Shown: positions 20,634 to 31,646 of the stretch, in pieces
Position numbering within the stretch: the first letter of the stretch is position 1
How the letters are laid out: each line of letters opens with the position of its first letter
NCBI GenBank assembly: GCA_977020255.1
Contig: CDROCS010001028.1
Location: 124,001 to 188,000 of the forward strand
Source: Obrimoposthia wandeli
Lineage: Eukaryota
Reading direction: 5' to 3'
Length of the DNA stretch: 64,000 nt
The notes under the pieces: model-generated
Database searches by the model: none
What the model saw: only the letters and a program-made list of their open reading frames with translations
What the model was told of the DNA's origin: nothing
Made by a program: the position numbers and the translations under genes

Positions 20634-23600
20634 TTAATCAAAATTACTGTATAAAATTGGCGTATTGGGTGGCGTTGGAATTAATTGCCAACGGTCATTA
20701 AATGTATAACGAGCATAAAGAATAAAATGATTCGGTTCATAAAAGTCTGAACGTTGTAAATCTAATGCAGCCCCTAGATACCACCTTTTGCTGACACGTT
20801 TTTCAAGGGCGGCAAGAAACGAATAGCCAAATCCACCACCAGTACTTGCCTCTCCTGATGATAAATAGGGTGCATCTTCTTTTGTCCAAGAGTTTGAAAT
20901 TGAGCCATTTAGCAAATAGGCCCATGTATTATCAAAACGACCATAATAGTTAACGGGTAAAGATATCGAAAAGTAACTTTGAGGGCTGTAATAACCGCCA
21001 TGACCTAATGTATATTCACTTAGATTTTTATCATAGGTTAAATACATTAAATTCATACCAAGGCTTAAGCGCTCATCTTCCTCTGCAATCAATTTATAGT
21101 AGCCCCCGCCTAACAACCCTATCCGAGTATTATCTTCAACTTTTACACCCGTAATTTGATGATACTGTAGACTACTCCAGAAACCAATGGGACCACCAAT
21201 ATCATAGCTACCACCAAGTTTAATGCCTGTTCGTACTACTCCGCCCCACTTTGTACCTTCTTGATCAATACTTCCTGCTGGTGGTGATCCTGATGGTACA
21301 GACAATCCTGCATACGACAACATACTACTGGTTTCTGGTCGACGTGAAAGCGTTGCACTCCACCCAAAATCTCGTACGTCACCATTCAAATTAACACCAC
21401 CGACCCAAGTAGTATGATCAAAACCGATTGGGGTTGTACCAATATCAGCCGACCACGTTTCCGCTTCCCAGCCTATTCCCAAAGCAGTCCCAAATGCGCT
21501 TTGATCAATCGTATCAGTAACGTTTTCAGCTGATGTCTTATTAAAATACTCTAACTCCCCCGAACGAATACTCACAGAATCAATACGAATTAATAGGTGA
21601 CCATTATATTCTTCTATCGGTATACGGGCTTCGATGGGTATTTGAAAAGCGGTATTTTCACCATCTCTACCACTGTAATCAAAACCAAAAATAACATGCC
21701 CATCATTGCGGTCACGTAGTTTATCAATGTCTCTTTTTACATTGCGGGTTAACCAATAATCATCAGCATTATCGTACAATTCGCGTAGTTCAGGTTTTTC
21801 TTCTTGCGCTTGTTGTGCCGCTTCACTCTTTTCTATTCGATCTGAATTCAACGCTTGATAAGCAAAAGTATCGGCCATATCCCATTCTTGGTTAACCATG
21901 GCAACAGCCATTGCATCACGATAGTCCATCGCCTGTGCATCAGGTTTTGTTAACAAGATTGAATTTAATGCATTTGCTTGCGTTTTTCGGTCAATTTGAT
22001 TGAAAACGACTGCTACCTCAACCAGTTGTTTCGCTGTTAATTGCGGACGTTTAGCATAAAGATCATCAGATAATTGACTATATTGCGACGAGTTTTGTAA
22101 TGAGACACTCGATTGTAGTAGACCTATTTGACCATCTGTACGTAAGGGGCCAGCTTGCATTGATACGACATTGTATAAGCGGTTTGCTTCAGCATAATTG
22201 CCTGTTAGCATTTTACTGTCGGCTTCAGACAAATAACGTCGAGTATTTAATTGCCGTAATGCGCTGTACTCAGATGAAGATAACCCATCACCATTAAACT
22301 GCTTTATCCATTGATCAAACACTGGGTATTTTTGAAGTTTTACCATTAATTCGCCATAACTCAGTTGAGTCGAAAACGGCCATTTATTATCAAATGTTAA
22401 CTCATCAAAAATCGTCATTGCTTTTGTTGGCTGCAATAACTCAACCCATGTCGAGGCAATTCGCATCATGGCTTCTGGATTAGATGTATAATTTCTCGAT
22501 AACTCTTTTAGCTGTTGTTCGGCTTCAAAAGGGTGATCTACAAATAGAGATTGGATATCAGTGAGCTCAAGATCTAGCTTTAAACGTATTAAGTTACGCT
22601 TTATCGCAGGCGAGCGTTGTGCAATGTCTATTTTCTCTAATTCATTAACGGCAGATTGAAGCTGCCCATTGCGTGATAAGTACAAAGCATAGGCAAAACG
22701 CATTTCCGGTTCAGGATTATTATTCGCCCAAATTGCCATCAAGCGATCTGCACGTTCACTTTGCCCTGTCATACGCAGTGCATCGGCGATACCTGCGCGC
22801 TGCCAAGCTGATGTTGGTTTCAACAAAAGCAACGCTTCCACTTTTTGACTGGCAAGGGCATTATCTCCAGCCTGTATTGCAACTTGTATCTCTTTACTTA
22901 ACTGCTCTATTTTTAGTTCATTTACTTTTGCTTTAACAATTCGTTTCTGACTGTTTGAATAACTATCAGCGAGTCTTAACGCTTGCTCTGATTTATTTTG
23001 ACGCAGTAATAAATCAATTCTTCCACTTAAAGCAGTACTGTTTAAAGCGTCTTGTTTTAACGCTTGAATATAGTACCTATCTGCTTCTTCATAATTCCCT
23101 TTCATTCCATATAAGTCAGCTAGACGATTTAACGTATAAGGATTATTCGGTTGAAGGGCTTTAGCTTTCTTATACTGCCGCTCTGCACTGATATATTGTT
23201 TTTTCTCTGCATATTTATCACCTTGATCCACAAAAGCCCAATAAGAGGAAGTATCGATTAAACTTTTCCATTTCGATGCGTTATCAGGGTTTTTATCATT
23301 TTTCTGTGCTTTTTTAAAAAAAGCTAATGCCTTCGTTTGATTTCCCCAACGTAAATATACTTTACCCATGCCACCAAGAATTTCAGGATCATTCGGTCGA
23401 GTTGTGATTGCATATTGGAGTTGTCGAGCGGCTGCATTGGTTTGGTTTTTTTCAAGTAACGCTAACCCTTTTAGCTTCGCCAAATAGGTTGGATCTTTAC
23501 GCAACTCTTTTTTAGTAGCAAGACGGTTTTTTGCGCTTTTATTTGCACGTTGTATTTCTAAATCAGCAGGATAATAGCTTGCCAATATCGCATATTGTTT

Positions 23601-24425
23601 ACTAACAGAATCTGTAATGGGTAATTGGTCTAGCGCCCTTAGCCATGATGTTGCCGCCTGTTTACCTATATTAGGTTTAAGCGCTAAACGCTGATAAGTT
23701 GCTAAAATCCAAGGATCTGCTGGGTTCTGTTTACGTATATGATTTGCTAATGCTAATTGAAAAGTAGGAACTCCCGGATAGTTAAGATTCAGTAACTCCA
23801 ACTCCGACTTAACATGAGCCCAACGGCTATCAATATTACCTTCAACTTGTAGGTATTCGAGCTGAAGCATTTCTGTTGGCATTCCATTAGGGAATAGCTT
23901 TTGATAGGCTTTTAATGCTTCTTCATCACGCCCTGATCGCGCAAGTAAACGGGCATGTTGAAACTCTGCTTTCTTTTCATATTTTATCGCAAAAATTGCT
24001 GTTAATTTTTTTGTTTGTTTCGCATTGGGGGCCAATACTTTAAGCTGCTCAAAAATAGCTTTCGCATCATCAATTTGATTACGCTTTAAGTACATATTGG
24101 CTTGATAATAAAGCCCATCAAGGTTGTTTGGTTCAATAGCAAATAAACGCTCTAATGTACTTAATACAATATCATCCCGATTCATTGCCTGGGCAAATTT
24201 AAGCTGGCTAGCAAGCCATTCTACCGAGTCGACCTTCTGTAAATTCGAAGAGAAAATAACATTCGCACTATTCAGTTGATAAACTTGAGAGGTATCTTTT
24301 TTCGTTGATTGAGAGCCAGTTATTCCATTTCCAGAATTATAGCCAACAGCCAATGTTGGGCTTGTGCCCAAGACTAGCGTTAACCCAATAAATAGCCTGC
24401 GATAGACCTTTGTTTTCACTGACAT
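20634..24425 (-). CDS. bcsC: Cellulose synthase outer-membrane TPR/porin subunit
   Basis: Signal peptide, a long TPR region and a C-terminal beta-barrel with GHGGYYSPQSY; operon context. Confidence 0.93.
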   Translation of the reverse strand: MSVKTKVYRRLFIGLTLVLGTSPTLAVGYNSGNGITGSQSTKKDTSQVYQLNSANVIFSSNLQKVDSVEWLASQLKFAQAMNRDDIVLSTLERLFAIEPNNLDGLYYQANMYLKRNQIDDAKAIFEQLKVLAPNAKQTKKLTAIFAIKYEKKAEFQHARLLARSGRDEEALKAYQKLFPNGMPTEMLQLEYLQVEGNIDSRWAHVKSELELLNLNYPGVPTFQLALANHIRKQNPADPWILATYQRLALKPNIGKQAATSWLRALDQLPITDSVSKQYAILASYYPADLEIQRANKSAKNRLATKKELRKDPTYLAKLKGLALLEKNQTNAAARQLQYAITTRPNDPEILGGMGKVYLRWGNQTKALAFFKKAQKNDKNPDNASKWKSLIDTSSYWAFVDQGDKYAEKKQYISAERQYKKAKALQPNNPYTLNRLADLYGMKGNYEEADRYYIQALKQDALNSTALSGRIDLLLRQNKSEQALRLADSYSNSQKRIVKAKVNELKIEQLSKEIQVAIQAGDNALASQKVEALLLLKPTSAWQRAGIADALRMTGQSERADRLMAIWANNNPEPEMRFAYALYLSRNGQLQSAVNELEKIDIAQRSPAIKRNLIRLKLDLELTDIQSLFVDHPFEAEQQLKELSRNYTSNPEAMMRIASTWVELLQPTKAMTIFDELTFDNKWPFSTQLSYGELMVKLQKYPVFDQWIKQFNGDGLSSSEYSALRQLNTRRYLSEADSKMLTGNYAEANRLYNVVSMQAGPLRTDGQIGLLQSSVSLQNSSQYSQLSDDLYAKRPQLTAKQLVEVAVVFNQIDRKTQANALNSILLTKPDAQAMDYRDAMAVAMVNQEWDMADTFAYQALNSDRIEKSEAAQQAQEEKPELRELYDNADDYWLTRNVKRDIDKLRDRNDGHVIFGFDYSGRDGENTAFQIPIEARIPIEEYNGHLLIRIDSVSIRSGELEYFNKTSAENVTDTIDQSAFGTALGIGWEAETWSADIGTTPIGFDHTTWVGGVNLNGDVRDFGWSATLSRRPETSSMLSYAGLSVPSGSPPAGSIDQEGTKWGGVVRTGIKLGGSYDIGGPIGFWSSLQYHQITGVKVEDNTRIGLLGGGYYKLIAEEDERLSLGMNLMYLTYDKNLSEYTLGHGGYYSPQSYFSISLPVNYYGRFDNTWAYLLNGSISNSWTKEDAPYLSSGEASTGGGFGYSFLAALEKRVSKRWYLGAALDLQRSDFYEPNHFILYARYTFNDRWQLIPTPPNTPILYSNFD

Positions 24426-25525
24426 TGCTCAACCCAAGACGGTTGTAGTTCGCCATTGACTCCAAAGCGGTATTTACCTTGATACCACCCCATGCCAAAT
24501 AATGCTAAAACGTTGTCATAGTAATAATCATTTTTATTAGATTGAAGCGAAATAGAGACGACCTTGGCTTGTTCTATCGCCAACTCCTTTTCGCCTAACG
24601 ATTGTAATAACGGTAATAAAGCGGCAGAAAAGCCAGCACTACCGCCGTTCTTAAATGTGCCTGTTTCAGTATTCACACTTCGAGGTGGCGCCTGTAATTG
24701 CTTTATGGCATTCACCATTGGCGACATCATTGATAATAAGGTTTGTTTCTCTTCCGTTTCATCATCTAACATTCCCGCCCACAGATAGGTTCTTATCGCA
24801 TTGTAGCTACCAATGGATCCCGTTACTTCATCAGCAGAAAATGCTGCACCAGACAACGTCACCCAATCTGGGCTAAAACCTTTTGGCATCGTCTTTACTA
24901 ACATGGTGTAACTGGCATTATATACAGATTGCCATTGATCATTCGGGTAGTGGAATGCCATATTTTGAATAAGAAATAGTGGTACATAACTAGGGTTAAG
25001 GCGTAACTGCCCTTTACCATTATCAAAACCCTTTTTTCCTGGTAGTAAAACGGTGCCTATGCCTTCAACGTCACGTGTTTCTTCGCGTAAGATACGACTC
25101 GCGAGTAAATAGCCGAGCGATTCATAGTAATACTCACCCCATAAACGACCCGCTTCAATTAAGCTGTATGCTATCCATAAATCTGAATCAGATGCTGGGT
25201 TGTTATCAAGTACACCGAGTGTATTGAAATCTTTCTTTCCCCATAACCAAGCAGGCAAACGTGCCGTTAAATCACCATCAGCTAGGTACGTTTCGGTCCA
25301 ATTTAGCATGGCCTTAAATGCCTTAGGATCATTAGCGACCAACGCAAAAAACAAACCATAAGATTGCCCTTCTGATGTGGTGATTTGTCGCATATCGCTA
25401 CCGTCTATCACTCTTCCATTTTGGATATACGTCGATTTAAATTGTTCCCATTCAGGCCAAGTACATGTTTCTGCACTTACGTGATAAGAAAGAGAGAGCC
25501 CAATGAGTAGCACTAACTTTTTCAT
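24416..25525 (-). CDS. bcsZ: Periplasmic GH8 endoglucanase
   Basis: TTSEGQSYGLF, ASDSDLWIAY, YNAIRTYLW and YYDNVL motifs. Confidence 0.95.
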   Translation of the reverse strand: MKKLVLLIGLSLSYHVSAETCTWPEWEQFKSTYIQNGRVIDGSDMRQITTSEGQSYGLFFALVANDPKAFKAMLNWTETYLADGDLTARLPAWLWGKKDFNTLGVLDNNPASDSDLWIAYSLIEAGRLWGEYYYESLGYLLASRILREETRDVEGIGTVLLPGKKGFDNGKGQLRLNPSYVPLFLIQNMAFHYPNDQWQSVYNASYTMLVKTMPKGFSPDWVTLSGAAFSADEVTGSIGSYNAIRTYLWAGMLDDETEEKQTLLSMMSPMVNAIKQLQAPPRSVNTETGTFKNGGSAGFSAALLPLLQSLGEKELAIEQAKVVSISLQSNKNDYYYDNVLALFGMGWYQGKYRFGVNGELQPSWVEQCQ

Positions 25526-27804
25526 ACATCATCCTCATCAGTTTCTAATCGCTTACGCGCTACTGTACGAAGTAATCGCCACAATACAATCGTAATAATA
25601 ACAACAAGAAATGCCGAGATAAAAGCCAATAACACAGGGCGATTAGAAAAGTGGTACCAAATTAATTGCCAAATTGGCAGTTCACCAACAAAGTAATGAT
25701 CACCTACGTTGAAGCTAGCAACCTCATTATTTCGAAGCGTAACAACAGAGCCAAACATATGCTCAATTTTTCCGCTATCTAATAATGCATCATCAATCAA
25801 ACTGAAATCTGCTGAATTTGCAGCAAGTAATGATACAAGACCTCGGTTTTCAGTAAACGGTGATTCTGCCCCTGTTATTGCAGCAAAGGCACCTTCAGAG
25901 CGCACAGAAATAACATCAGCAACTGTCTGCATGTCTTCTGTTTCAAGTATCCAATTTAGATTCACGTCTTCTTCATTTTTAACCGGTAACCGAATAAGTC
26001 GTTCACCCGCTTTCAATACTAAATTCACTTCATTTTTATCAGTGGCTGCTTGTTGTAATTCAGGAACAACACCAATGCTTAGAATATCTTTATCTTTCAG
26101 TTGTTTTTCTGCCCAGGTATCAATTAATTCAACTCTAATGCCTGGGTAGCCAGAGTTTGAACCAATAACTCCCATCACATTGATAAAAGTTTGTAGCGCT
26201 TCAATCGGTGCGTTTTTAGGTAATATTGCAACGGTCTCAGATAAATCAGCCAGTCGTGTAAAAGGAAAACCTGAGTTAGCAAATGCACGTAAATTGGGCA
26301 TTTCGATATAATGCGAAAAACCAGAAAAATCGATTGTTGAATCCGCCTGAATAACCGCATATTGCTTACTCGGCTGCGAACTTTGACACACGTTTTCAGT
26401 CACCGAAGCAAATCCGAATTCAAACTCAATTTTATTATTACTACCCACTTTAAATGCAGGAATTCTTATCTGGTCGCCCAAACCCAGTAAGCCTTCATCT
26501 AATAAAGGCACCCGTATTCGCTTAGATTCACCACCTTTACCTTCCATGTTTAAATTAAAGGCTTCAATGAATTGATTATTAATACTCAAACTCATTCGAG
26601 AACCCGTGTTCTCTTCAGTCGGTGGTGAATAACGATATTTAAGGTCTAGCGGTATACCTCGACTTTGCCAAGTAAATAAATCAGGGGCTAGTCGAAAACT
26701 CACGTTAATTGGTGGCGGCGTTCTTCCCTCTACTTGTAAATCTTGTACATTATTTATTAATTCAGACAATGCAATGGGGCGTAATGTACTCAACCAGTTG
26801 GGGGCATCATAAGGCAATCGAGGAGAGATCTGCTCCACACCACTAATTGTTGCAATAGGGCCAGTTAAAATTTTATTGCCTAAAGCCAACCCCATAACCG
26901 CATCGTTCAAATCCTTGCTATCACGCCCAATGATCAATAACAATTTTATATATGGGTTTTCCGGATGGCTAATCATCTGTAATGTAGGCTTATCTACGTC
27001 AGGAAAATCTCGTAAAAATGCAGGTTTATTGGTATTAGTCACAAAAATAATGGCGTTTTCTTGAGGCAGTTCATCCAACGATAGTGGGAAACGAGCACCG
27101 CGCCAATCTGACATAACACCAAAATACGACGCTAATATTCCAGCAGCTTTCACTTCGCCTAAATCATAATTTTTGCCCATTACAAATGGAATACTAACCT
27201 GACTAAAATCTCGCTCATCGAAAAAAGGTGCTGGTAATATACTTAAGTCACTTCTAAGAGCCGTTTTTTGTACCTGTAATGTTATATGGCTGCTTTGGCT
27301 TATTTCAGCCCAAATGCCTGGATGATTAGGGTTAGCACACCCCCCACCTCCCCCAATGTCACCTATAAATTCGATATGCAGTTGATTAAAATTACTAAAA
27401 AAACGAGGGTCTAGCGGGATATCTGCATTTATTTTTTTTCCTTGCTCACCATCATCGATAGAGATAACCCCCATCAGCTCATTATTTAGATAAACCTTCA
27501 AATGTGATACCAACGAACGCAATGCAGGCGAAGGCGTAAAATCAAATGAGAGCACACCTTTTGAAACCACCTCATCCAATCGAGACCCAAAATTAATATA
27601 AGCATTGCTTTCACTGCCAAGCATGCTTATAGAACCGTTATAGCCTAGCTGCGAAAATTGAATTAGCCGCTCTGTCACGATAGGAAAGTCACTTACGTCA
27701 CTTCTAATCGATTGATCTGAATCTGAAATTGCAGCACCTGTAATGCTTGATAAAGCAAGCCCCAACGCGGTTGCAACTATTTGTATTATTCTCTTAATTC
27801 GCAT
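25522..27804 (-). CDS. bcsB: Cellulose synthase regulatory/periplasmic subunit
   Basis: LPAPFFD, PYDAPNW, NLRAFANSGFPFTRLADLSET motifs and a C-terminal TM anchor. Confidence 0.95.
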   Translation of the reverse strand: MRIKRIIQIVATALGLALSSITGAAISDSDQSIRSDVSDFPIVTERLIQFSQLGYNGSISMLGSESNAYINFGSRLDEVVSKGVLSFDFTPSPALRSLVSHLKVYLNNELMGVISIDDGEQGKKINADIPLDPRFFSNFNQLHIEFIGDIGGGGGCANPNHPGIWAEISQSSHITLQVQKTALRSDLSILPAPFFDERDFSQVSIPFVMGKNYDLGEVKAAGILASYFGVMSDWRGARFPLSLDELPQENAIIFVTNTNKPAFLRDFPDVDKPTLQMISHPENPYIKLLLIIGRDSKDLNDAVMGLALGNKILTGPIATISGVEQISPRLPYDAPNWLSTLRPIALSELINNVQDLQVEGRTPPPINVSFRLAPDLFTWQSRGIPLDLKYRYSPPTEENTGSRMSLSINNQFIEAFNLNMEGKGGESKRIRVPLLDEGLLGLGDQIRIPAFKVGSNNKIEFEFGFASVTENVCQSSQPSKQYAVIQADSTIDFSGFSHYIEMPNLRAFANSGFPFTRLADLSETVAILPKNAPIEALQTFINVMGVIGSNSGYPGIRVELIDTWAEKQLKDKDILSIGVVPELQQAATDKNEVNLVLKAGERLIRLPVKNEEDVNLNWILETEDMQTVADVISVRSEGAFAAITGAESPFTENRGLVSLLAANSADFSLIDDALLDSGKIEHMFGSVVTLRNNEVASFNVGDHYFVGELPIWQLIWYHFSNRPVLLAFISAFLVVIITIVLWRLLRTVARKRLETDEDDV

Positions 27805-30418
27805 TATCGTTTGCTCTTGTTAATGTATTCCTTGGTCTAAATGACCCAACAAAATCACCCACTTTTAGAAAACTCTGCACAATTAATACAACCGGTTTAG
27901 GGCTGTGTTGCAATAAACTGTTGTAACCTTTAAAACCCACTTTGAGTACGCTTTTCATACTCATTAGGGGTTTATCAGATTGATAGCCTTGCTGCCATTT
28001 AGTCCAGGTATCTGCGCGTGCAAAAGTACATTGCACATAATCAACTTCTTGTTGAGTTGTTAATGGCTCGAGTTGCAAACCGACTATAGTGCCATTGGAA
28101 TAAGTTACCTTTACAGGAAACGTAAACTCTTGCTCTGCACGGCTTAATATTATTTCTAACTTCTGGTCTTGCTTTAAAACTAACGCCTGATCGATGACAA
28201 TCCGTATTCCACCTAGAGAAAAATCATTCATTTCAGCTTGCAATAAATGACCAGAATGCAAACGTACCGTCATCGGAATTTTAACGGGAACTCGGTGATC
28301 TTTACGTACTTGCTTTGTTTCAGCAGCGACGGCCACTGCACCACCAAGGATCAAGAGGTTATAAACTGTCCATAAAACATTGACTATCACAGTCGCAATC
28401 TCATCTGTTGGCCCCCACCCAAGTCGATAAATACCAAAACCGACACCAAGAATATTAAGCAAAACTAACGCCAAATAGGGTTTTGATATTACCCAGTCAT
28501 AATGCGTTTTATGAATTAACCCCCCCTTCGCTGTTACATTAAATGTTCCTTTGTGAGGAGCAAATAACGCAATTGTTGTGGGACGTGCGATATACCAGGC
28601 CAATACAGTTTCATACACCTCTCCCCAAAATGAGAAGCGATAATCCCCCTGTATTCTTGAATTGGTCATACTTGCATGCACCATATGAGGTAATACATAC
28701 AGAACAATGGCTAACGCGGGAGCATATATGACATAAGAGTGCAGTAATAAAAAACCGAGAGGGGCGATCAAGAAAATAATTCGAGGAATACCAGAAAGAA
28801 AATGTAACATCGCGTTGGCATAACAAAGCCGTTGTTGCCATTTTAATCCTTTACCCGTTAAAGGGTTATCGACTCTGAATATTTGTGCCATCCCCCTTGC
28901 CCAACGAATGCGTTGACCAACATGTGCAGAAAGCGTTTCTGTTGCCAAACCTGCCGATAGCGGTTGTTTTAAATAAGCAGAGCTATAACCCAAGCGGTGA
29001 ATACGTAACGATGTATGTGCATCTTCTGTAACGGTCTCAACAGCTATCCCACCAACCTCTTCCAACGGCTTACGGCGTAACACTGCACACGAGCCACAGA
29101 AAAAAGTACCGTCCCATAAATCATTACCATCTTGAATTAAACCATAAAAAAGGCTCCCTTCATTGGGTACATCACGAAAATTCGATAAGTTTCTTTCAAA
29201 GGGATCCGGCGAGAAAAAATGGTGAGGTGTTTGTACAAGGGCAAGCTTAGGGTCGATAAGAAATAGCCCCATCGTTAATTGGAAAAAAGCACGTGTCGGA
29301 ATATGATCACAGTCAAAAATAGCCACATATTCACCGCACGACCGCTCAAGCGCATAATTAATGTTACCTGCTTTAGCATGATTATTTAATGGACGTCGAA
29401 TGTAATGAACCCCAGCTTCTTTCGCAAACGTTTTGAAACTATCTCTTTTGCCATCATCTAGAATGTAAATATTCAATTTATCTTTCGGCCAATCAACACC
29501 AAGTGATGCATAAACTGTTGCTTTCACAACATCAAGATCTTCATTATAAGTCGGTATCATCAAATCAATACTCGGCCAAAGCGTTGTATCGGCAGGCAAA
29601 GATGCGGGCTTTCGGTTAAAAGGCCAAATATTTTGAAAATAACCTAATATTAAAACAACCCATGCGAATGTTTCAGCAAATAACAATAAAAGTCCTAAAA
29701 TGAGCGCGAGAGGTTCATCCCAATTTAATGTCGATGTATAACGCCACCATATATACCGACAGGAAGCAGTAAGTGACAAAACAACCAATAATATTGTAGG
29801 GAAACGACCTGGCATTCGTCTAAACATCATGGCTAATGACCATAAAAGTATTATAAAAACAGTCTGAGCTTGTAAGTTAAAAGGGACGGTGAAACACAAA
29901 AAAATCAAAAAAACAACAATGATAAACAAAAAGTAATTGACGGTATTGAACAACTCATCATTATCATTCTTCTTTGTAAAAGTCACTCGTTCAGACGAGC
30001 TTGCTTTTTTTTCAAGCCAAATCACCAGCGAAGAAAGGTATCCAAAAGGCATATAAAAAACATCAACAATCTTGCTCTTCAGCCTTGAAGGAAGCGTCTT
30101 TATTGCTATGTTTTTTGTATTAGTTCGATCTTGCCGAACAATTAACAGCCAAAAAAATTGTATAATAAAACGCAAAAAATCTAACACTTTTAGCTTAGCG
30201 AAATTTATTTGCGGATAATAGTGTAAGGGTAATTTCCAGCTCGGCATTCCGTTAATTTCTGACTTCAAAAAAACAAGGCAAAATGTAAACCAAATTAAGA
30301 GAACCGCTCGACCAATACGATTGGAAGCCTCTCCGCCTTTATATTCATATATTTTTAACTGCTGAAAAAATGCGTTAACAACCCATTTTTTAAAAATTAC
30401 GTTGAAACCACTATACAT
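27794..30418 (-). CDS. bcsA: Cellulose synthase catalytic subunit
   Basis: PTYNE, HAKAGNIN, DCDH, FFCGS, TED and QRIRW motifs; PilZ RKDHR and DFSLGG; ATG 30418 overlaps the bcsQ stop. Confidence 0.97.
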   Translation of the reverse strand: MYSGFNVIFKKWVVNAFFQQLKIYEYKGGEASNRIGRAVLLIWFTFCLVFLKSEINGMPSWKLPLHYYPQINFAKLKVLDFLRFIIQFFWLLIVRQDRTNTKNIAIKTLPSRLKSKIVDVFYMPFGYLSSLVIWLEKKASSSERVTFTKKNDNDELFNTVNYFLFIIVVFLIFLCFTVPFNLQAQTVFIILLWSLAMMFRRMPGRFPTILLVVLSLTASCRYIWWRYTSTLNWDEPLALILGLLLLFAETFAWVVLILGYFQNIWPFNRKPASLPADTTLWPSIDLMIPTYNEDLDVVKATVYASLGVDWPKDKLNIYILDDGKRDSFKTFAKEAGVHYIRRPLNNHAKAGNINYALERSCGEYVAIFDCDHIPTRAFFQLTMGLFLIDPKLALVQTPHHFFSPDPFERNLSNFRDVPNEGSLFYGLIQDGNDLWDGTFFCGSCAVLRRKPLEEVGGIAVETVTEDAHTSLRIHRLGYSSAYLKQPLSAGLATETLSAHVGQRIRWARGMAQIFRVDNPLTGKGLKWQQRLCYANAMLHFLSGIPRIIFLIAPLGFLLLHSYVIYAPALAIVLYVLPHMVHASMTNSRIQGDYRFSFWGEVYETVLAWYIARPTTIALFAPHKGTFNVTAKGGLIHKTHYDWVISKPYLALVLLNILGVGFGIYRLGWGPTDEIATVIVNVLWTVYNLLILGGAVAVAAETKQVRKDHRVPVKIPMTVRLHSGHLLQAEMNDFSLGGIRIVIDQALVLKQDQKLEIILSRAEQEFTFPVKVTYSNGTIVGLQLEPLTTQQEVDYVQCTFARADTWTKWQQGYQSDKPLMSMKSVLKVGFKGYNSLLQHSPKPVVLIVQSFLKVGDFVGSFRPRNTLTRANDNAN

Positions 30419-31208
30419 ACTCACCTCTTTTATCATTACTTTTTGAATAGAGATGAGAAACACACCAAAACGCTAGCGATTGATAATCACGTGCAACTTG
30501 GCTATGTGGTGAATGAATATGAACATTTGTTAAGTTCGCAATACTATCGATAACCGTTGTATCGCGATGTAAAGAAACGGGTAGTAGTGTACTGATAAGT
30601 TCTTTTTGCAGAACAAGCCTAAAATCTTGACTCACTTCACTTTCTGGCTGAAAGTTATTAATAAGAAATTTAATTTTTTTAACATCCCCGACCAATGCCT
30701 TTAAGTCTATCAAATATTGAGAATTATTCTGTGTCAAATAATAGTTAATCGGGTCTGGATTGATGACTATAATAACAAGATCAGCACTCTGTAATATTTC
30801 TTTGTTTGCACTTTGATTGTGTTCTAAATTTCTTAAGTGAATAACTTGCCAATGCTCATCACTCATATCTACAGCCGAAAGTTCAGTTGATAGTTTTGCT
30901 ACCCACGCCTCTTTATGTTCATGATAGTGTTCTAACTCAGAAGAATCTAACGTGCCAAACGGAATAAATTGCATTTTTTGAGGGCTTTCATAACATGCAT
31001 CGGTCCAACATTTTTTATTAACAAAATGCTTTGTCCAACCATCTTTATTATTAATGTCCATTGTAAAGTGTAAACGTAAAAGATTTAACTCAGCTAAATC
31101 AACTGCTATTGTCTCTTTACTCAATAATAGTAAAGCGTGTGAAAGATTCGCCGTAACCGTTGTCGCGCCAACACCTCCCTTTAGACCAACAATAACGATA
31201 CGATTCAT
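30411..31208 (-). CDS. bcsQ: MinD/ParA-like ATPase of the cellulose operon
   Basis: GLKGGVGATT deviant Walker A, NLLRLHF and HRD motifs; directly upstream of bcsA. Confidence 0.92.
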   Translation of the reverse strand: MNRIVIVGLKGGVGATTVTANLSHALLLLSKETIAVDLAELNLLRLHFTMDINNKDGWTKHFVNKKCWTDACYESPQKMQFIPFGTLDSSELEHYHEHKEAWVAKLSTELSAVDMSDEHWQVIHLRNLEHNQSANKEILQSADLVIIVINPDPINYYLTQNNSQYLIDLKALVGDVKKIKFLINNFQPESEVSQDFRLVLQKELISTLLPVSLHRDTTVIDSIANLTNVHIHSPHSQVARDYQSLAFWCVSHLYSKSNDKRGEYV

Positions 31209-31220
31209 ACTAGAGACTAC

Positions 31221-31442
31221 CTATTCATGATGTGTTGCCGTTGACGTTCTAATTTCATGATGCATTGTCGCTGAAGCGCTTATTTCCTTGCTTGCTAGCT
31301 CTCTTGACATAGCATTAAGCATTAACCATTTTTTTTTGATTGAGTGATAGCGCTCATCTTCATTTAATTCAGTATAATTACATTCATCAAGCTCGAACGA
31401 TGCATAAATAGTATCAATATCCTTTGCAAGCTTTTTCGACAT
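31221..31442 (-). CDS. bcsR: BcsR (YhjR) small regulatory subunit
   Basis: MSKKLAKDIDTIYASFELDECNYTEL...KKWLML matches the YhjR pattern; sits directly upstream of bcsQ. Confidence 0.75.
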   Translation of the reverse strand: MSKKLAKDIDTIYASFELDECNYTELNEDERYHSIKKKWLMLNAMSRELASKEISASATMHHEIRTSTATHHE

Positions 31443-31646
31443 GATACAAACTCCTGTAAGCATTACTAATGATAATAGGTTGATTATTATCATCAATCAA
31501 ATAATTTTACTATTATATTCAGCTTGTTAGTAATAAGGTTGGATTTTTAAAAATCAACACGCTAATATTGCAATATATTCAGATTCATCGCTAACACCCC
31601 TTACTAAGGACATGACATTCCGTAAACTCATTTAAGGACATATTGT

